64,000 nucleotides of DNA. Source: Holothuria leucospilota. Taxonomy: Eukaryota. Both the position numbers and the translations under genes were made by a program. Shown here in pieces: positions 1 to 11,246 of this stretch (position 1 is its first letter; every line of letters begins with the position of its first letter). Where the stretch lies: positions 23,815,285 through 23,879,284 of the forward strand of contig CM055969.1 in assembly GCA_029531755.1 (NCBI GenBank). The letters are read 5' to 3'. Below the pieces are notes generated by a model. That model searched no databases. It was not told the origin of the DNA and worked only from the letters and a program-made list of their open reading frames with translations.

Positions 1-303
1 GGTTTTTCATTCTTCAACTTACGTAGGGAGTAAGTTTGACTTATACTTTCTGCTAAATACTGTTACCATTAACAGATCGGTTTACGCGTCTGCTACTCAA
101 ACGAAGTTCGAATATCACCACGCGACTTTCATTCCGCGTCGCAGAAATCTAAAGCGCAATAGGTTCAGGGCGCGGACGTCAGTGCGACGACGTGAACTGA
201 GGGTTAAAACGCCGCGTCGCCCTGGCCACGTCTTGTAATCTAAAGCTCCCTATTGTTTTCACACAAAATGACGTCAGTGTAAAGTCAATGCATAAGGTCA
301 CGT

Positions 304-552
304 GGGAGGGATTTCAGTCACGTGACTTTAACCAACTAGACGCAATTTTGAAGGGCAAGATCGCTCGTCTTTTTTGTTTTGAAGGGCAACATCGCACGTC
401 TCTTTGGTTTTGACGGGCACGCGTCCATTGTGTCACAGTAGTATCTATGGTTATGTCGTGCGCGTGAGCTGTAAGTTCGCTTACTGCGTGTGTGTTTTGC
501 CCTTCAGTGCCTGGGAATCCATTGCACTTGACGTCACATGAAATCCCTCTAT
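304..552 (+). mobile_element. MITE-Y copy of ~245 bp with TIR TAGAGGGATTTCA...TGAAATCCCTCTA. The interior holds TGACGTCA motifs and the core tgtgacacaatggacg.
   Basis: Ends at 304-320 and 536-552 are inverted. Collinear with 27618-27861. Confidence 0.6.
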
Positions 553-553
553 G

Positions 554-1004
554 GACCTTATGCATTGACATCACACTGACGTCATTTTGGGTGAAAACAA
601 TGCAGCACACGTGCACGGATGCGTAGATTTCGCCGCACGTGTAGTAGACTTACGCGCGTATAGAGGGATTTCATATGACGTCACGCAAGTGGGATTCCCA
701 GGCACTGAAGGGCAAAACACACACGCAGTAAGCGTATTTACAGCACACGCGCACGACATAACTATAGATACTACTGTGACACAATGGACGCCCGCCCTTC
801 AAAACCACCAGAGACGCGCGATCTTGCCCTTCAAAACTGCGTCTAGTTGGTTAAAGTCACGTGACTGAAATCCCTCTATACGAATGGTTGACAAATCAGC
901 TGTCTGCATTTTTTGGTTTAACTTGCAACGATACGCGCTTTTCCGCCATCTTCCTCCAAAAGAGGGCACACTTTCTCCTTTGTGACATCATATGCATAAG
1001 GTCT
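554..1004 (+). mobile_element. MITE-X copy with TIR GACCTTATGCAT...ATGCATAAGGTC. It carries a nested MITE-Y in reverse orientation at 662-880.
   Basis: The intact 220-bp X at 27862-28080 lacks the 662-880 segment. The empty site there reads gcgcgtgtacgattggttgac, whereas here Y is inserted between gcgcgta and tacgaatggttgac. Confidence 0.6.
662..880 (-). mobile_element. MITE-Y copy in reverse orientation, nested inside MITE-X and flanked by TA.
   Basis: TATAGAGGGATTTCA at 662 and TGAAATCCCTCTATA at 866-880. Reverse complement of 304-552. Confidence 0.6.
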
Positions 1005-2248
1005 ATAGTTACACGAAAAGAAAGGAGCACCGTGTGTGCGTTCTAACGCACATCCTTAAATCCCAGGATCGACCATTATTTCGTCATAAATAAAGTTTCA
1101 ACATTCATAGGAGCAAAGATACAGTACCAACAACTCACAGTCACTGCTATTTCCCACATTAGCGATTCAAGTTGCAATTTAAACACTGAATACGATGGAG
1201 ATGTATATTTATATTTCTGTTTACGTTTTCATTGAGGCAATGATAATATGGATCTGGGAATGGCGAGAGAGGGGTGAGTTATCTCTTTCATTTTTCATTT
1301 CATAAAAGTAATCGTTTGAAGTATGTCTCTTCTACATACTCCAGGGCATGGGCACACGAAAGGGTACGGAGCCTGGGGGTTGTATCCCCCTATATGGGCA
1401 GAAAATTTGTTAGGCCTATGTCCGGGCAAAGTGCACGCTAATTTCGGAAAAACATGTGTATTTAAATTAGTTTCGGGCAAAAAAGTTGCAGCCTCCTCCC
1501 CCACTGGAATAAGCCCCGTACGCTTACGCTACACTGCCATACTTAACCGGTGAAGCCACGAAAATTGCGAGGGCGCTTTCGTTGTACGGCAAAAGACCAG
1601 TTGACTGGTGTGTCTCCGTACGTACAGTGTGCATTCTGCTGCAGAAGTTATAGCTTGTTTTATCCGTTTTTCGAAAGATTAGGAGTAATTTTAACAACAG
1701 AAATAAGTCATGGTGCCTTAAGTATTTTGTTTTATACTCCTAACTTGAAAACTTGTAGTTTCTTTGCCAATACTTGGGGCAAAAGCAATGACGTGATATT
1801 TGTATTACGCGCAGATGCCCCGTTGCCGTACAGACTAGCCAAATCAGTGGCTTCCGTCCAGATCGGCAGACGTCATTCTCCCTTACTTTTATTTCTATGT
1901 ACACTGCTTATTATAAGCTAAATGCGAATAAGCATTTGTTACGTTGCGGTACTAAGACATTGTATAGGCATGTGAGTGTATGAGTCGGGGGCACAGTCGA
2001 TATATGCAGTCCTAGTGCCCTGAATGACTCAACAAAGTAGATCAAATAATGTTTTATTATAAAAGGCGCCAAATGTCTTCTACATTTAAGGAGTCCACGG
2101 ATCGGTAGGTTTAATTGAAACCTGTAAAGCTGAAGGGATGATACGAAGAAACATTTATATTCATCTTTATCCCTTTAATTGACTTCTGAGGGCCTCTGGC
2201 ATTTCTCTTTATTATGCATCACCAAAGATGGTAAAGTTTACAGATACC

Positions 2249-2440
2249 CAGGCCCGTAGCCAGACAAGGTATTCAAGGGGGCGAGATGATCTCCAGGGGG
2301 CGAAATATTTTTTCGGGGGGGGGGGAGCGAGATGGGTAAAATATTGAGGCAATGGTAACTTTAATTCCCTATGGGGGTGAAACAATTTCTAGGGAGGTTT
2401 CGCCCCCCCCCCGGCCCCTTTGGATACGGGCTTGCAGCTA
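2249..2440 (+). mobile_element. G-run MITE (~190 bp) with TIR CAGGCCCGTAGCCAGACAA...GACTACGGGCCTG. The interior has repeated GGGGGCGAAA motifs and poly-G/poly-C runs.
   Basis: One of four copies; the others are at 2908-3096, 25131-25337 and 29323-29520. Confidence 0.6.
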
Positions 2441-2907
2441 CCCGTTTTCTTGTTTAAGTTTATAACTTTCATTTCTTAAATTGTCTTCATTACATTTCAA
2501 TGTCATTAATGCTTACTGCTCTTTTGGGGGGACGACGATCTTTAACATTATCTGATGACACCTATGTGATGCATTTCTAAACAGTTTACACTGAATAATA
2601 TTTAATGTCATGCACATTTTTTTTTAAATATAAATAATTTCTTGCAGTTCATGGGGAAAGAAATGTTTTCATGAAGACGAGGAAAATGTCTTGGATAAAG
2701 AGGAGGTTACTGAAGATGAAGATAAAGCGAAAACGCAGATTTCGTAAGAGTGAGTCCGAAAAAGACTTGAAGACTTCTCATACTATTGCAATATAACGAT
2801 TTAATTAAAACTGAGATACACTAACTTTGAAGGTTGACATGGGCACTGAGTTTGGACCCCCCCCCTAAAAAACAGTGCTGGATCTATAAACAAAAGTCAG
2901 CAGGGCT

Positions 2908-3096
2908 CAGGCCCGTAGCCAGACAATGAGCTGAAGGGGGGCGAAAAAGCTTCTAGGGGGGCGAAAAATTTTCCAGAGGGGGCGAAACATACTAAAATGC
3001 ATTACGGCAATGTTAATTTTTGATCTTCTATGGGGGGCGAAAAATTTTCCAAGGGGGCTTCGCCTCCTTGGCCCCCCTTGACTACGGGCCTGGCAG
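2908..3096 (+). mobile_element. G-run MITE copy 2.
   Basis: caggcccgtagccagacaatgag...ttgactacgggcctggcag. Similar to 2249-2440. Confidence 0.6.
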
Positions 3097-3922
3097 GGCT
3101 ATCGGGAGACGCCATCTAGCTATAACCCAGAGACCTTCATACAAAAAGGCTCCCATTGTAAGTTATCATAATTTTGGCTTTATTGGGAGACATGGCACCT
3201 GAATTTCCTTGGGGCAATTGAAGCGGTACGTTAATGTGTCTATCTACTTAGCTAATATTATTTCCGAGGAGCCTAATGTGTGTTGAACAAGCCCCTTCAG
3301 AAGTTCGCGCCTAGACCCCCACATTTGTAAGCCCGGCCCTTCCCAAAGAAATGAAACTGCAAGCAAGCATTATTGGTGCAGTAAGAAAAGAATTAAACTT
3401 CCTAGCAATCAGCGTTGATTGTATCTTTTTTCAGGCAAAAAATTAAATCGACAAAGGATGATCCTGCTGTCTCTCTTGAGATACTTGCAAAAGACCAAGT
3501 TCGATGAACGGCTGGTCAAGAACTACTAGCCAAGAGAATGACGTGAACAATGATTTGGTAAATAGATTGGGTTGTTTTACTTACCAGTATCAAATACACG
3601 TCCTTTCAAATGTGCAACTAAAATATTTACTCTGACGCACATCGATTTTTAGAAGTCTTAAATTCTGTTTGGGAAACTGGTCTCAATTTATCAGTTCTTT
3701 CATCTTTGCTGTTCATTGGTCCACGCGAAACGTTTGGGGTTATTGTCCGTCATGTGATCTGTCGGCCTGTAGTGTTGGGTTAGGGGGTGAGAGTGGGGTG
3801 GGGGCTGTCTGAGACGGAAGAAACTATGGACAAAGGTAAGAATAATTTGAAATAATTGATATGAAAGAAATACAAATGTCCTTCTAGCAAAGTTTGACTA
3901 TTTAGAAAGAGCGGTATCTTAA

Positions 3923-5718
3923 AGTGGGCATGACACGGCCAAAATAACTTTTGTGTATTGCAAGACTGGATACAGTATTGTATAAATTTCATTTCACACA
4001 CAGTTAAAACCTGTGCAATTCGGCGTAAATGAAATCTGAAGAAAAACGTACAAAAATCCAATTTCGAAAATTGCCGCAACAGGTCACCTGACTTTTATGA
4101 CGCAATTGGCGGGAAACACACTGCGTTATATGAGGACGCGTATCTAGATGTGGAACTAATATAACGCTGACGTAAAGTTTTCTTAGCAACTTCATGAAAA
4201 GGCTTACATCACAATACCCGCGAAACAGAGCACAAAGCGTGTTGGGTGCTTCGAGGTACATCGTTGGCCAATGCACGCGTCAATGGCAAGCGAAATGTCC
4301 AATAATTAGAAAAACCAAGTTTATCGGTCGAAAAACCAAGTTTATCGGTTGAAAAACCAGGTTTATCGGTCGAAAAACCAAGTTTATCGGTTGAAAAACC
4401 AGGTTTATCGGTCGAAAAACCAAGTTTATCGGTCGAAAAACCAAGTTTATTGGTCGAAAAACCAAGTTTATCTTTCGATATACCAGATAAATCGAAAAAC
4501 TTGGATTTTCGCCTGAAAATCTAAGTTTTTCGACCGATAAGCCAAGTTAGTTTGAAAATCTAGGTTTTTCAACCGATATACCAAGATTTGGAGATAAACT
4601 TGGTTTTTCGATCGATAAACCTGGTTTTTCGACCGATAAACTTGGTTTTTCGACCGATAATCTTGGTTTTTCGACCGATAATCTTGGTTTTTCGACCGAT
4701 AAACTTGGTTTTTCGACCGATAAACTTGGTTTTTCGATCGATAAACTTGGTTTTTCGATCGATAAACTTGGATTTTCTAATTATTGGACATTCCGTTAAG
4801 AAAAACCAAGTTTTTCTTTGGATTTCCCAGATAAGTCGAAAAACTTGGATTTTCGACTGAAAATCTAAGTTTTTCGACCGATAAGCCAAGTTATTTTGAA
4901 AATCTAGGTTTTTCAACCGATATACCAAGATTTGGAGATAAACTTGGTTTTTCGATCGATAAACCTGGTTTTTCGACCGATAAACTTGGTTTTTCGACCG
5001 ATAAACTTGGTTTTTTGATCGATAAACTTGGTTTTTCGATCGATAAACTTGGTTTTTCTAATTATTGGACATTTCGCTTGCCATACGCGTCCATATGGGC
5101 GCGCGTGTTTAGCTTCCCTACATAAGCCTCAGTAATGTTTTTGTGCACAAAGAAAGCGGTAGGCGCGCTTTACAGAACAGCTATGCCCATGCATGGACCA
5201 GGGAGTTGCTATCTAAATGACAACTTCCTGCATGGACAGTCCATAACATGCGCGCCTATACAGTGGGCTGTTCAGTGACGGTGTGATTACGAATGCCAGG
5301 GAGTTGTCATTTAGCAACTCCCTACGAATGCTAAACAGTCACCGCGCAGCGACGCATCGTTCACAATCTGGTCATTGGTCACACGCGCTGCTCTAGTACC
5401 GTAGCACAGGTGTTTGCAATGCTGTTCCAGCTAAAGCGAGTTAGCGAGCACGCACATGATTGGGTGTGTAGAACGATGGGTGAGCTGCCTAGTACAGGAC
5501 GTAGTGCTACTGACCGTGCAGCCAATGACGTCACGTCTTGAGACGCGCTCACATACGTTTTTTCGCTTTCGGATTTCAGATGGGCTGAGCCTGGCCTGTA
5601 TTTGGGAATTCACATGGGTATATATGGACGTAGTTTAGTCCGGAAAACATTCGTTTTATTTCAAGCTGTACCCAAAGATTATTTACTGAGAAACTTACTT
5701 TGGCCGTGTCATGCCCAC
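3923..5718 (+). mobile_element. Non-autonomous TIR DNA transposon. It has 21-bp perfect TIRs (AGTGGGCATGACACGGCCAAA) and is flanked by TTAA, so it is piggyBac-like. This long copy carries a ~1.35-kb internal insertion (~4230-5575) that includes a foldback satellite.
   Basis: TTAA at 3919-3922 and 5719-5722. The ends at 3923-3945 and 5699-5718 are reverse complements. The inner flanks (3923-4230 and 5575-5718) are collinear with the short copy at 13320-13743. Confidence 0.7.
4270..5075. repeat. Foldback-type element. Its terminal inverted repeats (gcaagcgaaatgtccaataattag...) enclose three blocks of a 21-bp tandem repeat (GAAAAACCAAGTTTATCGGTC). The blocks run 4296-4480 forward, 4598-4790 inverted and 4935-5040 inverted, separated by duplicated spacers.
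   Basis: Direct reading. 4280-4310 is the reverse complement of 5040-5075. There are 9 or more near-identical 21-mers per block. The spacers at 4480-4597 and 4800-4935 are near-identical. The ORF-track ORFs here (4280..4465, 4569..4928, 4588..4860) are 7-aa periodic translations of the repeat. Confidence 0.75.
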
Positions 5719-6394
5719 TTTAACAAAGTGTCAGATGTGATGAAACTTGTAATCTTTATGTTCTTATCTAGATTCAGCACTTGATGACGTCATAGAAACA
5801 ATGAATAATGTTCTTTCAATCGTCTGTGAAACTTCTGAGGTGAAGAAATGGAAATGGGTAAAGGTAAGATTATAAAATTATAGTAATGAAAAACTTAATG
5901 TTTTGCTACCGGTCTGAATACTTAAACAAGATACATCGTGACATTAAACGTGTGAGGCGATACGCCCCCCCCCCCCCACACACACACACACACGAAACAA
6001 GTCTATACGAAGATGTCATTTGAAGTAAAGAAGTACAACGTGAATAACAACTGTCTGAAACACAGTTTGATGTGCTGCATGTGGTCAATATTTTTGCATA
6101 CGCTGAGATAAATCATGGTCACTGAAACTGCAGTCTGTCAAAATGACAACTTGTCACTTTAGATAGAATGAGGTTTCTTAAATAATACCTGATGCAAAAT
6201 CACTTTGTATTTACTTTTATGTTCTCACTCAGATTCAGTAAGTGATGACGTCAAGGCAACACTTGATAATAGAAAACAGAACACTTTTTTATTTCAAACA
6301 ACTTTATTGATCATCCTTATCAACGGGGCACTTTGTTGAAGTTAATTAAACTATACATCGAATCCGTGCATACTTTTGATCAACATTCGTAATA

Positions 6395-6795
6395 GGTCTC
6401 ACCTATCGTTGTGAATATTTTCATGAGGTCTAAACATAAACCATTTTCATCGTAACTTGGTACACAGGGTCTTAATGTAGAACCATATCTTTTCGGCTTT
6501 ATTCAAATTACACTTGCAGTTTTTCTTTATAATCACTATTACAGGAAATTGCTGTACTTTCTGTTTCCAGGTCATTCCTCTTCGACTCGGACCTAGGTCT
6601 CACCTATCGTTGTGAATATTTTCATGAGGTCTAAACATAAACCATTTTCATCGTAACTTGGTACACAGGGTCTTAATGTAGAACCATATCTTTTCGGCTT
6701 TATTCAAATTACACTTGCAGTTTTTCTTTATAATCACTATTACAGGAAATTGCTGTACTTTCTGTTTCCAGGTCATTCCTCTTCGACTCGGACCT
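6395..6795 (+). repeat. Tandem duplication of 2 x 200 bp (6395-6595 and 6596-6795).
   Basis: The two units are near-identical from ggtctcacctatcgttgtg... to ...cctcttcgactcggacct. Confidence 0.85.
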
Positions 6796-7520
6796 AACTG
6801 CTACTAACATAGTGTCTAAACCATATGGCCCTCGAAGACTTATTCAGTGAAATGACTTTGATGACGTCACTGTTGACGATGACATCCTTATTGGCAAGGT
6901 AATATTTGATTGAACGTTTCTCTCTCGTTTAAAAACCTCCATGCTTTGCCTGAAAGGAAATATTTTCATATCTTGAAAAACATGTTTTATGAACATAGAG
7001 TAAAATTTATTTCGCAATAAGATAGTAGGGTATCCTAATTTCAAGAAATAAAATCCTAAGATATTTAAAATTACTGTTTTGTATCTCATGAATAATTTCT
7101 TCATCCAAGCTTTGAAATTTTCAAATGATCCAGCAGCCGTAACTTTTGTAAAGTGTAATATTTTTGAGAAGGAAAGCCGTTGCCAGAGTTTATCGGTGAC
7201 ACTGAATGGTTAAATAGTGAGTAAAACTTTTTTCTGTGGGTTCTATTTCGCTGTAATTTAACCACATTATTTACCTTTAATACAACAGAATGGCTTTCAA
7301 TTAATATGTTCCAGGATCAGCGTGAAAAATCCTGAAATACTGTAATATCTTATTGAAAATTCAAATTGTTATCTTAAATTACTCACATATCTTTTCATCT
7401 CATCAGGACGGACAATCTTGAGACTGCGAGGATATGTTTAAGTACAATAAAATTCATTTGGGCTACAAGTCTTCTCTGGAAAAAGATCTCTCTGAATACA
7501 CGTAAGTGGAAATGCACCGA

Positions 7521-7705
7521 TTTAATGTGACGTCACGCGAGTAGGATTGCCGGGCACTGAAGGGCAACATTCAGTAAGCATATTTACAGCACACGTGCAC
7601 GGCATAACCATAGATACTACTGTGACACAATGGACGTTTGCCCTTCTAAACCAAAGAGAGCGCGATCTTACCCTTCAAAACCAGAGACGCGCGATCACGT
7701 GACGT
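7521..7705 (-). repeat. Partial MITE-Y copy.
   Basis: Shares tgacgtcacgcgagt...ggcactgaagggcaa...ccatagatactactgtgacacaatggacg with 662-880. Confidence 0.5.
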
Positions 7706-8696
7706 CGGTAAAACCCCTGTATCGATGGATTCATAGAAGAGTTTTCTCGGACTTTTGACAGTCAGTAGAATAGGATTATATTACCATTGTATAAAGAATA
7801 CAACCACGAATGACATGTTTTAGACATGCATGCATAGGTATGATGGTTCGAGTGGTTAAGCAGTCTTTGTCAAGATGGCAGGATATTTTTACTAATCACA
7901 CGTTCTAAAAATGAGGGCGCTTGTCAACTGAACTGTATGCTCATGAGTTTCGTCCACATACCCTTTCCCAAAATGCAATCGCAAAGGATTGTGGGAAAAC
8001 AGTTTTGGTACGCGTCGATTTTGTAAATGGCCTTTTACTGTGGCAAAAAACGACCCACACCAAAACTCTGTTCTACAATCGTTTGTAATTACTACGGGTA
8101 TTTGGAAACGGTACTAACACAGTACACACTGAACCCTGAGGAACAAATAGAAGGCATACTCACAGTAGTTTCATCAGAGCCGTATATTTGGTTCTGAGTT
8201 TCAACTGGTTCTATGGTTTTGAATGATACTAGTGGTTAAGATGTATATACAACCTTGCACATTCCACGTATGTGAGACCCCTTAATGTTGTTCTTATTTC
8301 TTTTCATTAGAGAAGATACCAAAGAGGACAGACTGAGATGGGAGAGAGCTTGTCGACTCGGCACATGGCAGACGAAATAAAAACCAAACGGCTGGGGGAT
8401 CAGGCTACACAAGTTTCCAAGGAATAGAAACAAGAGAGACAACAGGAAGAATGTCGCCATTTTGTTACAGATTTAAATTCATTTGTTCCAAATTTCCGAA
8501 TTCGAAAAAAAAACTTGAAATATATTTAACTTTGTCAGTAACGTTTGCATCGTTTATTATATGTTTGATGAATAAATTAATATTGCTTTCGCTCATTGTG
8601 TCTTATTGACTAGTTATATACGACTTATACAGAAGTGATGTTTCCAGAGTTACATAATCACTGCAATATGTAGTGAAACTGGCAATCAGTTCCAAG

Positions 8697-8836
8697 AGCG
8701 GCGATTTGTTCGCAATATTGGGGGGGGGGGCATGACTAGATTTTCCAATAATTTACTGTCTGAAAAATCAAAGTCAATGGGCGATTTCTCAAATATGGGG
8801 GGGACATGTCCCCCCCCCCGAATCGCCGCCCATAGA
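8697..8836. mobile_element. Small ~140-bp MITE with TIR GAGCGGCGATTTG...CGAATCGCCGCCC and internal G12/C10 runs. It may be related to the G-run MITE family.
   Basis: Terminal inverted repeat read directly. Flanked by two direct copies of another repeat (7955-8110 and 8848-8990). Confidence 0.45.
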
Positions 8837-9849
8837 CCCTTTTCCATATAACAGTCACAAAGGATTGTGGGATACACTTTGAAGTGGGGCGTTTTTCTCA
8901 ATGGCATTCTACTGTGGCCAAAAACGACGCACACCAAAACCCAATCCCACAATCCTTTGTATTTGCTATTTGGAAAAGGTTCTATGATCAGTTCTAACTA
9001 AAGAGAGAGGCAACGCATTCAGATTATTAAATTGCATTGCAATTACGTGTAAGGGACGGGGTCTGGAGGCTGTATTTCCCTGAGGTATGTCAAAACCCAT
9101 TTCACCACAGACGTTGGACGCGGCTGGAGTGCTACAGCCCCCTCCCTCAAATAATTTTCAGTTTGAAGGGACTTTTTTCTTTTCAAAACGTCCGGCTAAA
9201 ATTGCTCTAGCCAAAAACTCAGGAGTTGAATGATTCAGTCTTCCAGTCTTAGACCTCTCCAGACGGCACTGTTTTTGGCAGATCGTTGAAAAAATCGGAC
9301 AATGTTCTAGGGTAATAAACTTAAGGTTTTTTCTGGTAAAAACGGCTACACATCCCCACACTTCGCCGCAAGGGTATACAGTAGGTTGTTTGAAAGAGCT
9401 GCCAAACTGCTGTAGTGCTTTAGCGTTTAAGCAGGAGTAGGGTAGACCGTTGACAAAGAATCTCGGTGGTGGAGCCAGGATTTCCCCAACGGGGGCAGCA
9501 ACCCAAAGTTCCGACAAAGGTGACGGGTTGCTGAAACAACGGCAGAACCCAAATTTTTGGTGCTCCGTGTGGTTCAAAAAATGTGAGCTTTAATTGCCTG
9601 GAAAAAGTTTGAAAAATATCGGGTTTTAATTGAAATATTTGAATTGTATTAAAGAATTTGTGTCTTCCTTGAAAACAAAAGCAATAAAACTGCCAGGGCG
9701 TCTGGGCGCCTCAGGGAGTAACATGCTTTATCATACCCAGTTAGACTTCCAGGCGAAGCTGAAAAATTTCGCCGACCGTGGGACCTCCTTGGTCTCGCCT
9801 TGTACTAGCCTTTTTAGGGGTGCCATACCACGGACGAAAAAAATCAGTA

Positions 9850-10230
9850 AATAACCAGAATTTCAGATCATGTTATCAGTTCAAAGCTTTACCGAAAGTA
9901 ACACCATTTTGGATCTAGGAAAACTTAGAACAAAGAAAATTTCTCAAAGACTAGTAACCCTCCCCTGAGGCCACATCCCCCTTCAATTACATGGCACGCT
10001 CTACCAAAATAGAAACATATTGCTAAATAATGAGGATTTCTAAACATATAATCAATTCAACGCTTTACGAAGCTTTACCAGATAGCGCATCCAAGCCACC
10101 TCACAAAGGCAAAAATTTCTCAAAGAGTTAAGAGTGTCATTCCATTCTCTTATAGACAGCACCTCTTGACTTACGCCCAGCCTAAAAATAGGAAGATTAT
10201 CACTGAATAATGACAATTTGTAAAGACATA
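9850..10230 (+). repeat. Divergent 2-unit array of the same ~178-bp satellite family.
   Basis: ccattttggatctag...aaaatttctcaaaga recurs at ~9935 and ~10113. Confidence 0.55.
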
Positions 10231-10947
10231 ATTATTGTAGTGCGCGTGCGCGCTACAATCTTGGCGTTGCACGACAAGCTAGGCGTACCTACATGACTGA
10301 ACGTTGAGACTGGAAGTTCCACACGCTTTCGGTCCGTTTTTACTATCGGTACTATCAATGTGCAGGCAGCTAATGTTAAGCTTGTCCATGATTTTTTACC
10401 GCTTTCTTGCACACACTCTAAATTAGTCCCGACAAAGGACTCGTTCATAAACAGAAACAGCTTGTATTAATGCAGAGTGAAATCTTACTGATTGATGAAA
10501 TGCCGACAGTCTTTATTTCAGAAAAAATTCAGTTGAATTTGCGCTTGCTTTCTCATTAACACAACTTGCCTACATAACTTGAAATTCGCAAACGAAGTAA
10601 TCATTGGATGAATTTATCGTAAAATTTAATGTGATGGGAGCTGGATATATACGGGCGGCGTCACCTTCAATGTGCACAGTATATGGTATACTGTGCACAG
10701 TATATGGTATACTGTATGCGTCACCTTCAATGTGCACAGTATAGGCTCAACCGAAATTCCTCTCAATAGTAGTGTTACAGGTACCTATAAGACGAAAACC
10801 ACAAAATTCAAGATATTTACTTCAAATCGGAATCAAATCAGAAATCCTTAGGCCTACAATGTGTTTTACCTTTTCACAAAACTAGCAAGATTATACAAAA
10901 CCACAAATGACACTACCTAGCTTGAAAATAAGATGATTTTCTGCAAC

Positions 10948-11246
10948 GTCAGAGCCGCTCGCGCAATTTTTTTTCCCACGAGGTTATGGGCAAATCATGC
11001 CAATGGACCAATCAGCTTCTTGGAAATAGGCCACACCTCTAATTCCAAAATGACGGCTTTTGAACCATTTTTTGTAATTCTGACGCCAGATTATGAAAGA
11101 ACAGGCCAGATAACCCCAGTCCACGTAACCCTAACCTTAGAAATAACCCCAACCATGATTTAGAAACAAATTTGAAAAAATTTTGAAAATCAGATTTGCC
11201 CATAACCTCGTGGGAAAAAAAGTTAGGCGAGCCGCTCGGAAGTTCG
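10948..11246. mobile_element. MITE with ~28-bp TIR TTTTTTTCCCACGAGGTTATGGGCAAATC...GATTTGCCCATAACCTCGTGGGAAAAAAA, plus GAGCCGCTCG sub-terminal repeats.
   Basis: Second copy at 40627-40878 with TIR TTTTTTTCCCAGGACGAATGAGGGCAAATC. The two share the core gcaaatcatgccaatggac.aatcagcttcttggaaata...tttt.gaa.ttctgac.c.gattatgaaagaacag.cca.ataacccc. Confidence 0.6.

Noticed and set aside
314-868. ORF-track ORFs encoding GFPGTEGQNTHAVS...TIDTTVTQWT-like peptides (314..616, 587..868, 27622..27942, 28018..28269, 28229..28420)
   Set aside because: They are the same MITE-Y/X repeat read in both orientations. The similar peptides come from repeat copies, not a gene family. They have no start context or splice structure.
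4280-4928. ORFs with 7-aa periodic peptides (NLVFRPI)n and (KTKFIGR)n
   Set aside because: These are translations of the 21-bp tandem repeat on both strands.
9158-9577. 139-aa ORF on the minus strand
   Set aside because: It overlaps SINE family 2 copy 9470-9660 and low-complexity sequence. No homology is recognisable and no splice context is present.
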